Under the pieces are notes generated by a model. It was not told the origin of the DNA. It saw nothing but the letters and a program-made list of their open reading frames with translations, and did no database searches. Source: an uncultured Bacilli bacterium (GTDB lineage Bacteria > Bacillota_I > Bacilli_A > RF39 > UBA660). Taken from it: DNA of 64,000 bases. Both the position numbers and the translations under genes were made by a program. Location of the stretch: contig CAKPLY010000004.1 in the NCBI GenBank assembly GCA_934167825.1, positions 90 through 64,089 of the forward strand. Reading direction: 5' to 3'. Below are positions 9,756 to 19,323 of the stretch, in pieces. Positions within the stretch are counted from its first letter, which is position 1; each line of letters opens with the position of its first letter.

Positions 9756-10814
9756 ATGATAGATAGATTAGAAGCGATTAGTAATAAGTATAAAGAAATA
9801 AGTGAAGAATTAACTAGGCCTGAGGTTATATCAAATATAAAAAAGATGACTGAACTTTCTAAGGAACATAATAGATTATGTCAAATAGTTAGTGTTTATG
9901 ATAGGTATAAACAAATAAATGAAGATATAGAAAGTGCAAAAGAAATGATGCACGAAGAGGGAATGCAAGAGTTTGCTAGGGAAGAATTAACTAATTTAGA
10001 AACTGAAAAAGAGGAAGTAAATAAAAAGTTAGAATTAATGTTACTTCCACATGACCCTAATGATGAAAAGAATGTTATTGTTGAAATACGTGGTGCTGCA
10101 GGAGGAGACGAGGCAAACATTTTTGCGGGAGATTTATTTGATATGTATACAAAATATGCGAATAATGAAGGTTGGAAGATAGAGATACTAAATAGTACTG
10201 AAGGTACTGCGGGCGGTTTTTCTAATCTCGAGTTTATGATTAAGGGTGAAAATGTTTATTCTAAGTTAAAGTATGAAAGTGGAAGTCATAGGGTACAGAG
10301 AGTTCCTGCGACAGAAAGTCAAGGTAGGGTGCATACTTCTACTGCAACTGTTCTTGTTATGCCTGAAGCAGAAGAATTTGATTATGAACTTGATGAGAGT
10401 GAAGTTAGAATAGATATTACTAGAAGTAGTGGATGTGGGGGACAAGGAGTTAATACTACTGATTCTGCAGTTAGACTTACACATATTCCTACGGGTATTA
10501 TTGTTTATTCTCAAACAGAAAGAAGTCAAATTAAGAATAAAGAAAAGGCATTTAAGATATTAAAAACGAGATTGTATGATTTAAAGTTAAGAGAAAAAGA
10601 AGAGGCAGAGGATGCTGAAAGAAGAAGTAAGATAGGTACTGGAGATAGAAGTGAAAAGATTAGAACTTATAATTATCCACAAAATAGACTTACTGACCAT
10701 AGAATTGGTTTTACATCAATGAATTTAGATAGAATTATGGATGGAGAACTTGGGGTAGTTATTAATGCTTTGATTAATGAGGATCAAAAGAGAAAACTTG
10801 AAGAAAGTATATAG
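9756..10814 (+). CDS. prfA: Peptide chain release factor 1
   Basis: GGQ motif (SGCGGQGVNTTDSAVR) and the RF1-type PAT tripeptide (RVPATESQGR). Confidence 0.95.
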   Translation: MIDRLEAISNKYKEISEELTRPEVISNIKKMTELSKEHNRLCQIVSVYDRYKQINEDIESAKEMMHEEGMQEFAREELTNLETEKEEVNKKLELMLLPHDPNDEKNVIVEIRGAAGGDEANIFAGDLFDMYTKYANNEGWKIEILNSTEGTAGGFSNLEFMIKGENVYSKLKYESGSHRVQRVPATESQGRVHTSTATVLVMPEAEEFDYELDESEVRIDITRSSGCGGQGVNTTDSAVRLTHIPTGIIVYSQTERSQIKNKEKAFKILKTRLYDLKLREKEEAEDAERRSKIGTGDRSEKIRTYNYPQNRLTDHRIGFTSMNLDRIMDGELGVVINALINEDQKRKLEESI

Positions 10815-10817
10815 TAT

Positions 10818-11534
10818 ATGAATAAAGATATAGAATATTTAAAAAAATATTTAAAGAACAAGACTCTGGAAGAGGGAATAAGTATGTTAAATAAGGGTAT
10901 TCCTCTTCAGTATATAGTAGGAAATGTAGAATTTTATAATTATACTTTTAATGTAGATAATAGGGTGTTAATTCCTAGATTTGAGACGGAACTTTTGGTA
11001 GATAAATTAATTAAAAGAGTTAGAAATAAATATAATAAAAAAATAGATATATTAGATTTGTGTTCTGGTAGTGGGTGTATTGGTATTACATTAGATAAGG
11101 AACTTGATGCAAATGTTTTATGTAGTGATATATCTAGTGATGCATTAGAGGTACTTAGTGAAAATAAAAAACTTAATAATAGTAATGTTAAATATGTTTT
11201 AAGTGATTTATTTTCTAATATAGATGGAGTATTTGATGTTATAGTTAGTAATCCACCCTATATTAGTTATGATGAAGAAATAGATGATATTGTTAAGAAT
11301 AATGAACCTAGTATTAGTTTATATGCTTCCTCTGGTGGATTATATTATTATGAAGAGATACTTAAGAATATTAGTAAATATTTAAAGAAAGAATATATTA
11401 TTGCATTTGAGATAGGGTATACTCAGGGAGAAGATATAATTAATCTTGTTTATAAATATTTAGGTGATGTTATAGTAGAAGTAGAGAAAGATTATAATTT
11501 AAGAGAACGTTTTGTATTTATTAGTAATAAATAG
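10818..11534 (+). CDS. prmC: Release-factor glutamine N5-methyltransferase (HemK/PrmC), short form
   Basis: Immediately downstream of prfA. SAM motif LDLCSGSGCIG and NPPY motif. Confidence 0.85.
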   Translation: MNKDIEYLKKYLKNKTLEEGISMLNKGIPLQYIVGNVEFYNYTFNVDNRVLIPRFETELLVDKLIKRVRNKYNKKIDILDLCSGSGCIGITLDKELDANVLCSDISSDALEVLSENKKLNNSNVKYVLSDLFSNIDGVFDVIVSNPPYISYDEEIDDIVKNNEPSISLYASSGGLYYYEEILKNISKYLKKEYIIAFEIGYTQGEDIINLVYKYLGDVIVEVEKDYNLRERFVFISNK

Positions 11535-11586
11535 AGTTAATGTGTGAATAAAAAAGTAATAATTATATCATTATAGAATAGGTGAT

Positions 11587-12120
11587 ATGATGAAAAAGAT
11601 TATTTTAGTATTATTTGCAGTATTAACTCTTTTTGTTGTTAAAAGTAATGTTCAAGATAATGTAGTAATACCTGAAGGGTCAATTAGACTTAGAGTTATT
11701 CCTAATAGTAATTCAAATTATGACCAAATGATGAAAATAAAAGTTAAGGATTATTTAGAAAGTAATATATATAGTTTATTTAAAGATACTGATAATATTG
11801 AAGATGCAAGAGAACTTATTAATGATAATATAGATAATATTAAAATTAATATACAAGATATATTTGATAAGTATGATTATAATTATAATTTTAGTGTTAA
11901 CTATGGGGATAATTATTTTCCTAAAAAGATATATAAGGGTGTTACATATGATGAAGGTTATTATGAATCTTTGGTTGTTTCTATAGGTAGTGCAAAGGGT
12001 GATAACTTTTGGTGTGTATTGTTTCCTAATTTATGTATTATAGATGAAGAAGATACAGAGTATACTTCAATAGTTAAAGATGTAATAGATAAAATATTTT
12101 CTCATAAAAATAATAATTAA
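11587..12120 (+). CDS. spoIIR: Stage II sporulation protein R
   Basis: Signal anchor, IRLRVIPNSNS..DQ..K.KV.D, and GDNFWCVLFPNLC motifs characteristic of SpoIIR. Confidence 0.85.
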   Translation: MMKKIILVLFAVLTLFVVKSNVQDNVVIPEGSIRLRVIPNSNSNYDQMMKIKVKDYLESNIYSLFKDTDNIEDARELINDNIDNIKINIQDIFDKYDYNYNFSVNYGDNYFPKKIYKGVTYDEGYYESLVVSIGSAKGDNFWCVLFPNLCIIDEEDTEYTSIVKDVIDKIFSHKNNN

Positions 12121-12144
12121 TAATAATATTTATTAGGTGAATGT

Positions 12145-12681
12145 ATGAGTTCTTTTATAACAACTTTTATTGTTGCGGTTAGTCTTAGTATGGATGCTTT
12201 TTCTCTTGCACTTATATATGGTATGCAAGGTATGAATAGAAAAAATATGATACTTTTAGCATTTATTGTGGGGTTATATCATTTTGTTATGCCTCTTATA
12301 GGGATAATGTTTGGCAGTGTTATTACTAGGTATTTAGTTGTTAATACTAATATAATGGTAGGTATACTCTTTATGATTATAGGTATTGAAATGATAATAT
12401 CTAGTATAAGAAATGAAGAAGTAAAGATACTTATTAGTATATCTGGGTTTTTAATGTTTGGGCTTACTGTTAGTATAGATAGTTTTACTACTGGGATAGG
12501 TCTTGGGGTAATAAATAATAACTGTTTAGAAATATCTACAATATTTTTCTTTGTTTCTTCTTTGTTTACATATTTAGGACTTGTTCTTGGTAATAAGATA
12601 GGTAATATTTTAGGTAAGATATCTACTTTATTTGGGGGTATAATGCTTAATGTTTTAGGTATTATATATATGTTTAAATAG
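12145..12681 (+). CDS. MntP/YtaF (DUF204) family membrane protein
   Basis: Polytopic protein with duplicated SMDAFS / SIDSFT motifs. Confidence 0.65.
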   Translation: MSSFITTFIVAVSLSMDAFSLALIYGMQGMNRKNMILLAFIVGLYHFVMPLIGIMFGSVITRYLVVNTNIMVGILFMIIGIEMIISSIRNEEVKILISISGFLMFGLTVSIDSFTTGIGLGVINNNCLEISTIFFFVSSLFTYLGLVLGNKIGNILGKISTLFGGIMLNVLGIIYMFK

Positions 12682-12880
12682 AAAAGATTAAGTATAATTA
12701 GATTGATTTTTATATAATGTTGTGATAGAATATTAACTAAATTTAAATTACATGTTTTTTAGTAAAATTAAATTAGTTATATGTTTTTCGTTGACATTAT
12801 TTTTTTTCTGTTATAATATTAAATTGGGTTATGTCCAAATTTATTTAAAGACATATAATATTACAAATAAGGAGGTACTT

Positions 12881-14131
12881 ATGCCTAAAATTAGAATTGA
12901 GGGAAGACATGATCTTACTGGTAGTATTAATATAAGTGGTGCGAAAAATAGTGCTGTTGCATTAATTCCAGCGTCTATTTTATGTGATGAAGTAGTTAAG
13001 ATTAATAATGTTCCAAATATTAGTGATATTGATTCTTTGGAAGAAATTTTATTAAGTTTAAATGCGAAGATAGATAGAGAGAATGATACTGTTACAATAG
13101 ATTCATCAAATATAATTAATACTGCGATTGAAGAAGAATTATCTAATAAACTTAGGGCATCATATTATTTTATGGGAGCGATGCTTGGTAAGTTTAAAAA
13201 AGTAGATATGTATTTTCCTGGGGGATGTTCAATTGGGGAAAGACCAATTAATTTACATTTAAAGGGATTTAGTAAACTTGGCGCAAAAATAGTGGAGGAT
13301 GGAAACCATTTTCTTATCGAAGCAAAGGAACTTAAGGGAAGTAAGATATATTTAGATATTCCTAGTGTTGGTGCTACTATTAATATTATGCTTGCTGCAG
13401 TTAAAGCAAAGGGTAAAACAGTGTTAGAAAATGCTGCTAAAGAACCAGAAATTGTTAATGTTGCAACTTTTTTAAATAATATGGGTGCTAAGATTAGTGG
13501 TGCTGGTACTAATGTAATTACTATTGTTGGAGTGGATAGGTTACATAGTTGTTTTCACGAGGTTATACCTGACAGAATAGAAGCAGGAACATATTTGATT
13601 ATTGGCGCTCTATTAGGAAATAATCTTTCTATTAATAATGTTATTCCATCTCATTTAGAAGCACTTACTTCAAAACTTAAGGAAGCAGGAGTGGATCTTA
13701 GGATTAATGAAGATAATATAGTGGTATCAAGGGGTACTAATCTTAAAGCTATTAATATAGAAACTTTAGTATTTCCGGGATTTCCTACTGATTTACAACA
13801 AATAATGGTACCATTTTTGACACAATGTGAAGGTATTAGTAGAATTAGGGAAACTATTTATGAAAATAGATTTAGAAATATTTATGATACTGTTAGAATG
13901 GGTGCGGATATTACTGTTAAGAATAATGAAATTGCTATAATTAGAGGTAAGACAAAACTAATAGGATGTGATGTTACTGCAACTGATTTAAGAGGTGGGG
14001 CATCTATGCTTGTCTGCGGACTTATTGCAGAAGGAGTTACTACTATAGATAATATACATTATATAGAAAGAGGATATGATGATATTATTATGAAACTTAG
14101 TAATGTAGGTGCAAAAATAGATTTGATATAA
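12881..14131 (+). CDS. murA: UDP-N-acetylglucosamine 1-carboxyvinyltransferase
   Basis: aaggagg RBS 5 nt before ATG 12881. GAKNSAVALIPA motif and active-site Cys in FPGGCSIGERPINLH. The track ORF start at 12752 covers promoter-like DNA. Confidence 0.92.
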   Translation: MPKIRIEGRHDLTGSINISGAKNSAVALIPASILCDEVVKINNVPNISDIDSLEEILLSLNAKIDRENDTVTIDSSNIINTAIEEELSNKLRASYYFMGAMLGKFKKVDMYFPGGCSIGERPINLHLKGFSKLGAKIVEDGNHFLIEAKELKGSKIYLDIPSVGATINIMLAAVKAKGKTVLENAAKEPEIVNVATFLNNMGAKISGAGTNVITIVGVDRLHSCFHEVIPDRIEAGTYLIIGALLGNNLSINNVIPSHLEALTSKLKEAGVDLRINEDNIVVSRGTNLKAINIETLVFPGFPTDLQQIMVPFLTQCEGISRIRETIYENRFRNIYDTVRMGADITVKNNEIAIIRGKTKLIGCDVTATDLRGGASMLVCGLIAEGVTTIDNIHYIERGYDDIIMKLSNVGAKIDLI

Positions 14132-14164
14132 TAAATATAGAATTAATATAATATAATTTAATAG

Positions 14165-14863
14165 GTGAATGTTGTGAAAAAGATTATATTTATATTGATT
14201 CTTTTTTTATCATGTTATTTAATATATAATTTTACTTTTAATGATAAATATGATTATTTAGTTATTGGAGATGCTATATCTAAAGGGGTAAATATATATG
14301 ATACAAAGGTGTACGGATATTCATATTATGTTAGAGATTACTTAAAGGAAAATAAAAAATTAAAGAGTTTTAATGATTTGTTCACAGATAGTGGTTATAG
14401 AATTAGTGATATTATTAGAATGATTAAATATAATGAGACTAAGAATGTTAATGGTTATGAGTATAATATTAATAAACTTATTAAGGAAGCAGATATAATT
14501 ACTATATCGTTAGGAATGAATGAATTATATTATAAGTTTAATAATGATACTGTAAATATTTATAATTATATGAATGATATTGTTAGTGAAATGGATGAGT
14601 TACTGGGATTAATTAATAGATTTGAACATAAGGATGTTATAGTGTTAGGTTATTATAATGTACTAGATAAGATAGATGAAGTTAATTATATAAATGTAAA
14701 GTTAAAAGATATTGTTTCTAAAAGGGGATATACTTATGTTTCTTTAGATAATTTATTTAGTAATAATCCTAATTTGCTTTATAAAAAAGATAATTTTGTG
14801 CCAAATAATTATGGATATTTAAAAATTTCTCAAATAATAGTTGAAAAAATAGAAAATAACTGA
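14165..14863 (+). CDS. SGNH/GDSL-fold protein with substituted catalytic residues; membrane-anchored
   Basis: N-terminal TM. Block I reads GDAIS instead of GDS; block V reads DNFVPNNYGY instead of DxxHPN..G. Confidence 0.45.
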   Translation: MNVVKKIIFILILFLSCYLIYNFTFNDKYDYLVIGDAISKGVNIYDTKVYGYSYYVRDYLKENKKLKSFNDLFTDSGYRISDIIRMIKYNETKNVNGYEYNINKLIKEADIITISLGMNELYYKFNNDTVNIYNYMNDIVSEMDELLGLINRFEHKDVIVLGYYNVLDKIDEVNYINVKLKDIVSKRGYTYVSLDNLFSNNPNLLYKKDNFVPNNYGYLKISQIIVEKIENN

Positions 14864-14923
14864 TATAATATAAAACGTATTTTATATCTATGACTTTTTT
14901 GTCATGGCGGAAGGAGAGAAAAA

Positions 14924-15142
14924 ATGAAAGCAAATATTCATCCAAAACAAACTGAAACTAAATTTGTTTGTGCATGTGGTAATGTAATAACTGCAAAATC
15001 TACATTAGGAACTGCTGAACATTCAATAGATACATGTAATATGTGTCATCCATTCTATACTGGTAAACAATCAACTGCTAGTAAGAAAGGACAAGTTGAC
15101 AAGTTTAATAAGAAATATGGATTTGACAAAGAAGCTAAATAG
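14924..15142 (+). CDS. rpmE: 50S ribosomal protein L31 (Cys-containing type A)
   Basis: MKANIHPK start, CxxC ... CxxC pattern, ggaggag RBS. Confidence 0.92.
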   Translation: MKANIHPKQTETKFVCACGNVITAKSTLGTAEHSIDTCNMCHPFYTGKQSTASKKGQVDKFNKKYGFDKEAK

Positions 15143-15211
15143 TCTTCTTTTTTTCTTGTCTTTTTACTTTTTTTATGATATCCTTAATATGGAATAGTGG
15201 TGAATATTATT

Positions 15212-16543
15212 ATGAAAATAAAAAAGTTAATATTTTTGATGATGGTATTATTTATAACAGGTTGTAATAGTTTTGATATGAATATGTCTATAAAAAATAA
15301 TAGAGAGATGGACTATTCTATTAAGGTATTATCTAAAGGTAATTATAATTTTGAAGAAAAGGTTACTGAACTAAAGAATAAACTAGGAGATAGTTATGAA
15401 GTTAGTTTATATAATGAGAATGGTTATAGTAGTGGTATTTCTATTTCTAAACATTATAGTGATATAGACTATATATCTTTAGGAGAAAGAAGCGAAGAAT
15501 ATAACTTACTTTATTTTTATAATAATCCTTATAGTGGTGATATAGAAAATAAGATGTTTAATTTAGATAAGTCTATTGATACAAATAGATATGCTGCTAA
15601 TTTTTATGTTGATTTAAGTGAGGTATTTACATCATTAGATAATGTTTCAGTTACTTTTAATTTGACTGTACCTAATGGGACACTTAGTAATAATGCTACT
15701 AAGGTTAGTGACGATGGTAAGAATTTGACATGGAATTTAACAACTTTAGGTAAGAACGATATAGATTTTGTATTTGAAATAACATCATATGATTCTTTAT
15801 ATCAACTTGGTGCAATAATAATTGCGATATTTCTTGTCTTTATGATATTCACTAAGTTACTTAGTAAAAGTGGAGATGTAAATGGTAGTAAAGATGACTT
15901 GGTAAGTGAGTTTGATAGCAATATTAAAGTTAATAATTTAACTAGAAATGCTATTAGAAATAGAAATAATACTCCAAATGCTTATGTGGGAAATAATAAT
16001 CAGGGTTATGTAAATAATCAAAATAATAATTATAATAATGGTTATTCAAATACTCAAAACTATAATAATAATCAAGTGTATAATATGAATAATAATATAA
16101 ATAACAATATGGATAATAACTTTAATAATGTGAATGATGTTAATACCAATATGAATGATAATAATTATAATAATGTAAATGATAATGTTGACCCTAAGAT
16201 GTTTGGACTTATAACTAATCCTAGTAACGATAATAGTAGTAATATAAATAATAATACTAGTATAAATATTGATAATACAAATACAAGTGATATAAATACT
16301 AATATTAATACTAATAATAATCAAGATACTGAATGGTTTAATAATTTTAATACTGATAACAATAGTAGTGTGGTAGATAATAGTAATAAGGTAAGGGATG
16401 AGGTTACTACTCCTGTTAATAACACTAATACTAATAGTAGCAATGTATCATTTAATGATATTGCTACAAGTGGTAATGAAGAGATAATTAAGTTTAATAA
16501 TAAAGATGTTGTTATAACTAAAAAGAAAAAAGAAGAGGAATAG
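15212..16543 (+). CDS. Putative lipoprotein with a mid-protein TM segment and a ~200-aa Asn-rich low-complexity C-terminus
   Basis: Lipobox LFITGC. TM segment LGAIIIAIFLVFMIF. The tail is dominated by N/NN repeats. Confidence 0.6.
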   Translation: MKIKKLIFLMMVLFITGCNSFDMNMSIKNNREMDYSIKVLSKGNYNFEEKVTELKNKLGDSYEVSLYNENGYSSGISISKHYSDIDYISLGERSEEYNLLYFYNNPYSGDIENKMFNLDKSIDTNRYAANFYVDLSEVFTSLDNVSVTFNLTVPNGTLSNNATKVSDDGKNLTWNLTTLGKNDIDFVFEITSYDSLYQLGAIIIAIFLVFMIFTKLLSKSGDVNGSKDDLVSEFDSNIKVNNLTRNAIRNRNNTPNAYVGNNNQGYVNNQNNNYNNGYSNTQNYNNNQVYNMNNNINNNMDNNFNNVNDVNTNMNDNNYNNVNDNVDPKMFGLITNPSNDNSSNINNNTSINIDNTNTSDINTNINTNNNQDTEWFNNFNTDNNSSVVDNSNKVRDEVTTPVNNTNTNSSNVSFNDIATSGNEEIIKFNNKDVVITKKKKEEE

Positions 16544-16639
16544 ATACAAATATGTGTCTATTTTTTGTAAAGTAATTTTAAATTAATTGAATCAATATAA
16601 AATTTAAGATATACTTATATTGTAAGGAAGGTGTAATTT

Positions 16640-17080
16640 ATGAGGATAGGTATTACTAATGACCATAGAGGGGTTGTTACTAAGAATTATTTAGTTAGTT
16701 ATTTAAAGACTATGGGACATGATGTAGTTAATTATGGTACTGATACAACTGATTCAGTAGATTTTCCTGATTATGCATATAAACTAGGAATGGGAATTAA
16801 AAATAAAGAAGTAGAACTTGGTATTGCGATATGTGGTACTGGAATAGGTATGAGTATTGCACTTAATAAAATGAAAGGTATTACTTGTGCTAAAGTATGC
16901 AATGTTAGTGAGGCAATACTATGTAAATCACATAATAATGCAAATGCTATTGCAATTAGTGAAGAATTACCTGAAGAGTTAACGGTAGAGATTGTTGATA
17001 AGTTTATTAATACACCATTTTCTAATATAGATAGATATATTATTAGAAATGAGAAGATTAAGAAAATAGAAAATGAGTAA
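16640..17080 (+). CDS. rpiB: Ribose-5-phosphate isomerase B (RpiB/LacAB family)
   Basis: ICGTGIGMSIALNK motif; 146 aa. Confidence 0.85.
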   Translation: MRIGITNDHRGVVTKNYLVSYLKTMGHDVVNYGTDTTDSVDFPDYAYKLGMGIKNKEVELGIAICGTGIGMSIALNKMKGITCAKVCNVSEAILCKSHNNANAIAISEELPEELTVEIVDKFINTPFSNIDRYIIRNEKIKKIENE

Positions 17081-17276
17081 GTTATTAATATATGTGTTTG
17101 TTATTCCTTTTATAGTATGGGGAATGGATAGTGTTAATATAAATGTTATATTTAAATTAAGTAAGAATACTAATTATCAAGCAAGAATTTTATATATGGC
17201 AATAATTTTTAGTCTTAGTTATTTGGTTAGTAATTTTTTATATGATTTTATGAATGTATTAAGTGACTTATTATGA
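17073..17276 (+). CDS. DUF1146 (YwzB-like) small membrane protein
   Basis: 67 aa, two TM segments, ..AR.L....IIFSLSYLVSNFLYDF tail. Sits upstream of spoIID, as its counterpart does near murAA/spoIID in Bacillus. Confidence 0.5.
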   Translation: MSKLLIYVFVIPFIVWGMDSVNINVIFKLSKNTNYQARILYMAIIFSLSYLVSNFLYDFMNVLSDLL

Positions 17277-17326
17277 CAAATTTTATAGTATTATAGGGAA
17301 TATAATTATTACAAGGGATGTGTAAA

Positions 17327-18256
17327 ATGAAAAAATTAATTATTTATACTATTTCTGTAATATTATTTCCTTTTTTTATTGTACTTATATATAAGATATA
17401 TTTTGTTAAAGAAATACAACTTAATTATATAGAGTGTAGGATGATTAGAGTAAAGAGAATGAAAGATAATACAATAGATATAATACCTTTAGAAGAATAT
17501 ATAGTTGGTGTGTTAGCAGGTGAGATGCCTATTTATTTTGAAGAGGAAGCATTTATGGCACAGGCTATTGCGTCGAGAAGTTATGCTGTTAAAAGAATGG
17601 AGTATAATAAAGATAATGATTATGATGTAGTGGATTCTGTGCTTAATCAAGTTTATTTAGATAATAATTATTTAAAAGATGCTTGGGGGATTAAATATAA
17701 AGAGAATATTAATAAATTAAGGAAGGTTGTTAATAAAACAATAGATTATGTAATGTATTATGATGACAAGGTAATAGATGCAATGTTTTTTTCTACGAGT
17801 AATTTATATACGGAAGATGCTAGTGTGATATTTAATCTTAATTTACCTTATTTAAAGAGTGTAGATAGTTTTTGGGATAGGGATACTTCTTCGATGTTTA
17901 GAAGTAGTATTACTTTGAATTTAAAAGACTTTTATAGTAGATTAGGTATAGAGTATAGTGATAAATTGAATTTTGAAGTAAAGGAAAGAAGTAGTACTAA
18001 TCGTATAGTGAGGGCAAGTATTAATAATAAAAATATAAGTGTAAGTGAGATGTATAGTAAATTAGGACTTAGGTCTTATGATTTTTCTATTAGACAAGAA
18101 AAGAATAAGGTAATTATAAGTATGTGTGGATATGGTCATGGTGTTGGAATGAGTCAGTATGGTGCAGAAGGTATGGCAAAAGAAGGATATAAATATACAG
18201 ATATACTTAAGCATTATTATAGTGGAGTTACTATTGATAAAATAAAAAATTTATAA
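17327..18256 (+). CDS. spoIID: Stage II sporulation protein D (SpoIID/LytB lytic transglycosylase)
   Basis: AQAIASRSYA and GHGVGMSQYGA motifs; N-terminal TM. Confidence 0.88.
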   Translation: MKKLIIYTISVILFPFFIVLIYKIYFVKEIQLNYIECRMIRVKRMKDNTIDIIPLEEYIVGVLAGEMPIYFEEEAFMAQAIASRSYAVKRMEYNKDNDYDVVDSVLNQVYLDNNYLKDAWGIKYKENINKLRKVVNKTIDYVMYYDDKVIDAMFFSTSNLYTEDASVIFNLNLPYLKSVDSFWDRDTSSMFRSSITLNLKDFYSRLGIEYSDKLNFEVKERSSTNRIVRASINNKNISVSEMYSKLGLRSYDFSIRQEKNKVIISMCGYGHGVGMSQYGAEGMAKEGYKYTDILKHYYSGVTIDKIKNL

Positions 18257-18311
18257 AAAAACATGTATAAAAACTTTATTTTAGTTAAGAATTAAAATAG
18301 AGGTGGAAAAA

Positions 18312-18953
18312 ATGAAAGAAAGGATTAAATTAATAGTAGTACCTAGCGTGTATGTTTTATCAATAGTATTTTTTGCAATATGTTTATATTTTGCAGGTAA
18401 TATATTTAAGAAGTCTATTGCTTTAAAGAATGCAAATAAAGATACAGAATATGTGGATAATGAAATAATAGAAAAGTATGATTATGTGCCTGTTATTAAT
18501 GTTAAAGAGACAATAATTAAACCATTTACTAGTAGTGATGTTAGTGTAAGTAGAGGATTTTATGATTATACTGGCGAAGAAGAGACACAAGAAAATTCAA
18601 TTATCTTTTATGAAAATACTTATATGCAAAATTCTGGTATAGATTATTCTAGTGATAATGCATTTGATGTTGTTAGTATTCTTCCTGGAGAAGTAATTGA
18701 TTTAAAAGCAGACAATATTGTAGGTACTACAATTACAATTAGACATACAAATGATCTTATAAGTGTTTATCAAAGTTTAGGGGATGTTAATGTTAAGGTT
18801 GATGATAAAGTAGTTCAAGGACAAATAATTGCTAAGAGTGGTAAATCAAATTTAAATACTAAAAAAGAGAATAATTTACATTTTGAATTATACTATAAAG
18901 GAGAAATAGTAAATCCTGATAATTATTATGATAAAAATTTAACTGATTTATAG
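18312..18953 (+). CDS. SpoIIQ-like membrane-anchored M23/LytM-domain protein with degenerate metal and catalytic histidines
   Basis: TM anchor plus a LytM fold. NSGIDY replaces HxGxD, YQSL replaces YxHL, NLHFE replaces HLHFE. Located directly upstream of spoIIID-mbl, as in Bacillus. Confidence 0.6.
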   Translation: MKERIKLIVVPSVYVLSIVFFAICLYFAGNIFKKSIALKNANKDTEYVDNEIIEKYDYVPVINVKETIIKPFTSSDVSVSRGFYDYTGEEETQENSIIFYENTYMQNSGIDYSSDNAFDVVSILPGEVIDLKADNIVGTTITIRHTNDLISVYQSLGDVNVKVDDKVVQGQIIAKSGKSNLNTKKENNLHFELYYKGEIVNPDNYYDKNLTDL

Positions 18954-18973
18954 GCAAATAATTGCCTTTTTTT
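18952..18973 (+). terminator. Rho-independent terminator
   Basis: aggcaa-ataa-ttgcct followed by T7. Confidence 0.7.
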
Positions 18974-19009
18974 AAGAAGTATTACATATAATTTCTTAAG
19001 GGAGATAAT

Positions 19010-19270
19010 ATGGATAAATATATAGAAGATAGAGTTATTAATGAATCTAAATATATAATAGATACTAAGGATACTATTAGAGATATTGCTAAAAAGTTTA
19101 ATGTTAGTAAAAGTACTGTACATAAAGATTTAAGAGAAAGATTAATTAAAATAGATAGTAAAATGTATAGTGAAGTGTCAAATATATTAAAATATCATTT
19201 AGAAATTAGACATATTCGAGGTGGAAATGCTACTTTGTTAAAATATTTAGAAAGAAAATTAGAGTTTTAA
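19010..19270 (+). CDS. spoIIID: Sporulation transcriptional regulator SpoIIID
   Basis: 86 aa. IAKKFNVSKSTVHKDL HTH and IRHIRGGNATLLKY tail closely match SpoIIID. Confidence 0.88.
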   Translation: MDKYIEDRVINESKYIIDTKDTIRDIAKKFNVSKSTVHKDLRERLIKIDSKMYSEVSNILKYHLEIRHIRGGNATLLKYLERKLEF

Positions 19271-19323
19271 CTATAAAAAATATACAAATTATGGTAAAAT
19301 ATTCATTAGGGATGGTGATATTT

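Noticed and set aside
12752-12880. 43-codon N-terminal extension of murA suggested by the ORF track
   Set aside because: The extension covers a TTGACA/TATAAT-like promoter and is hydrophobic junk. A consensus aaggagg RBS sits 5 nt before ATG 12881, and the MurA homology starts there (MPKIRIEG).
16046-16324. 92-aa Ile-rich minus-strand ORF
   Set aside because: It is the reverse-complement reading of the AAT/AAC (Asn) repeats of the lipoprotein tail (ATT = Ile). This is a compositional artefact.
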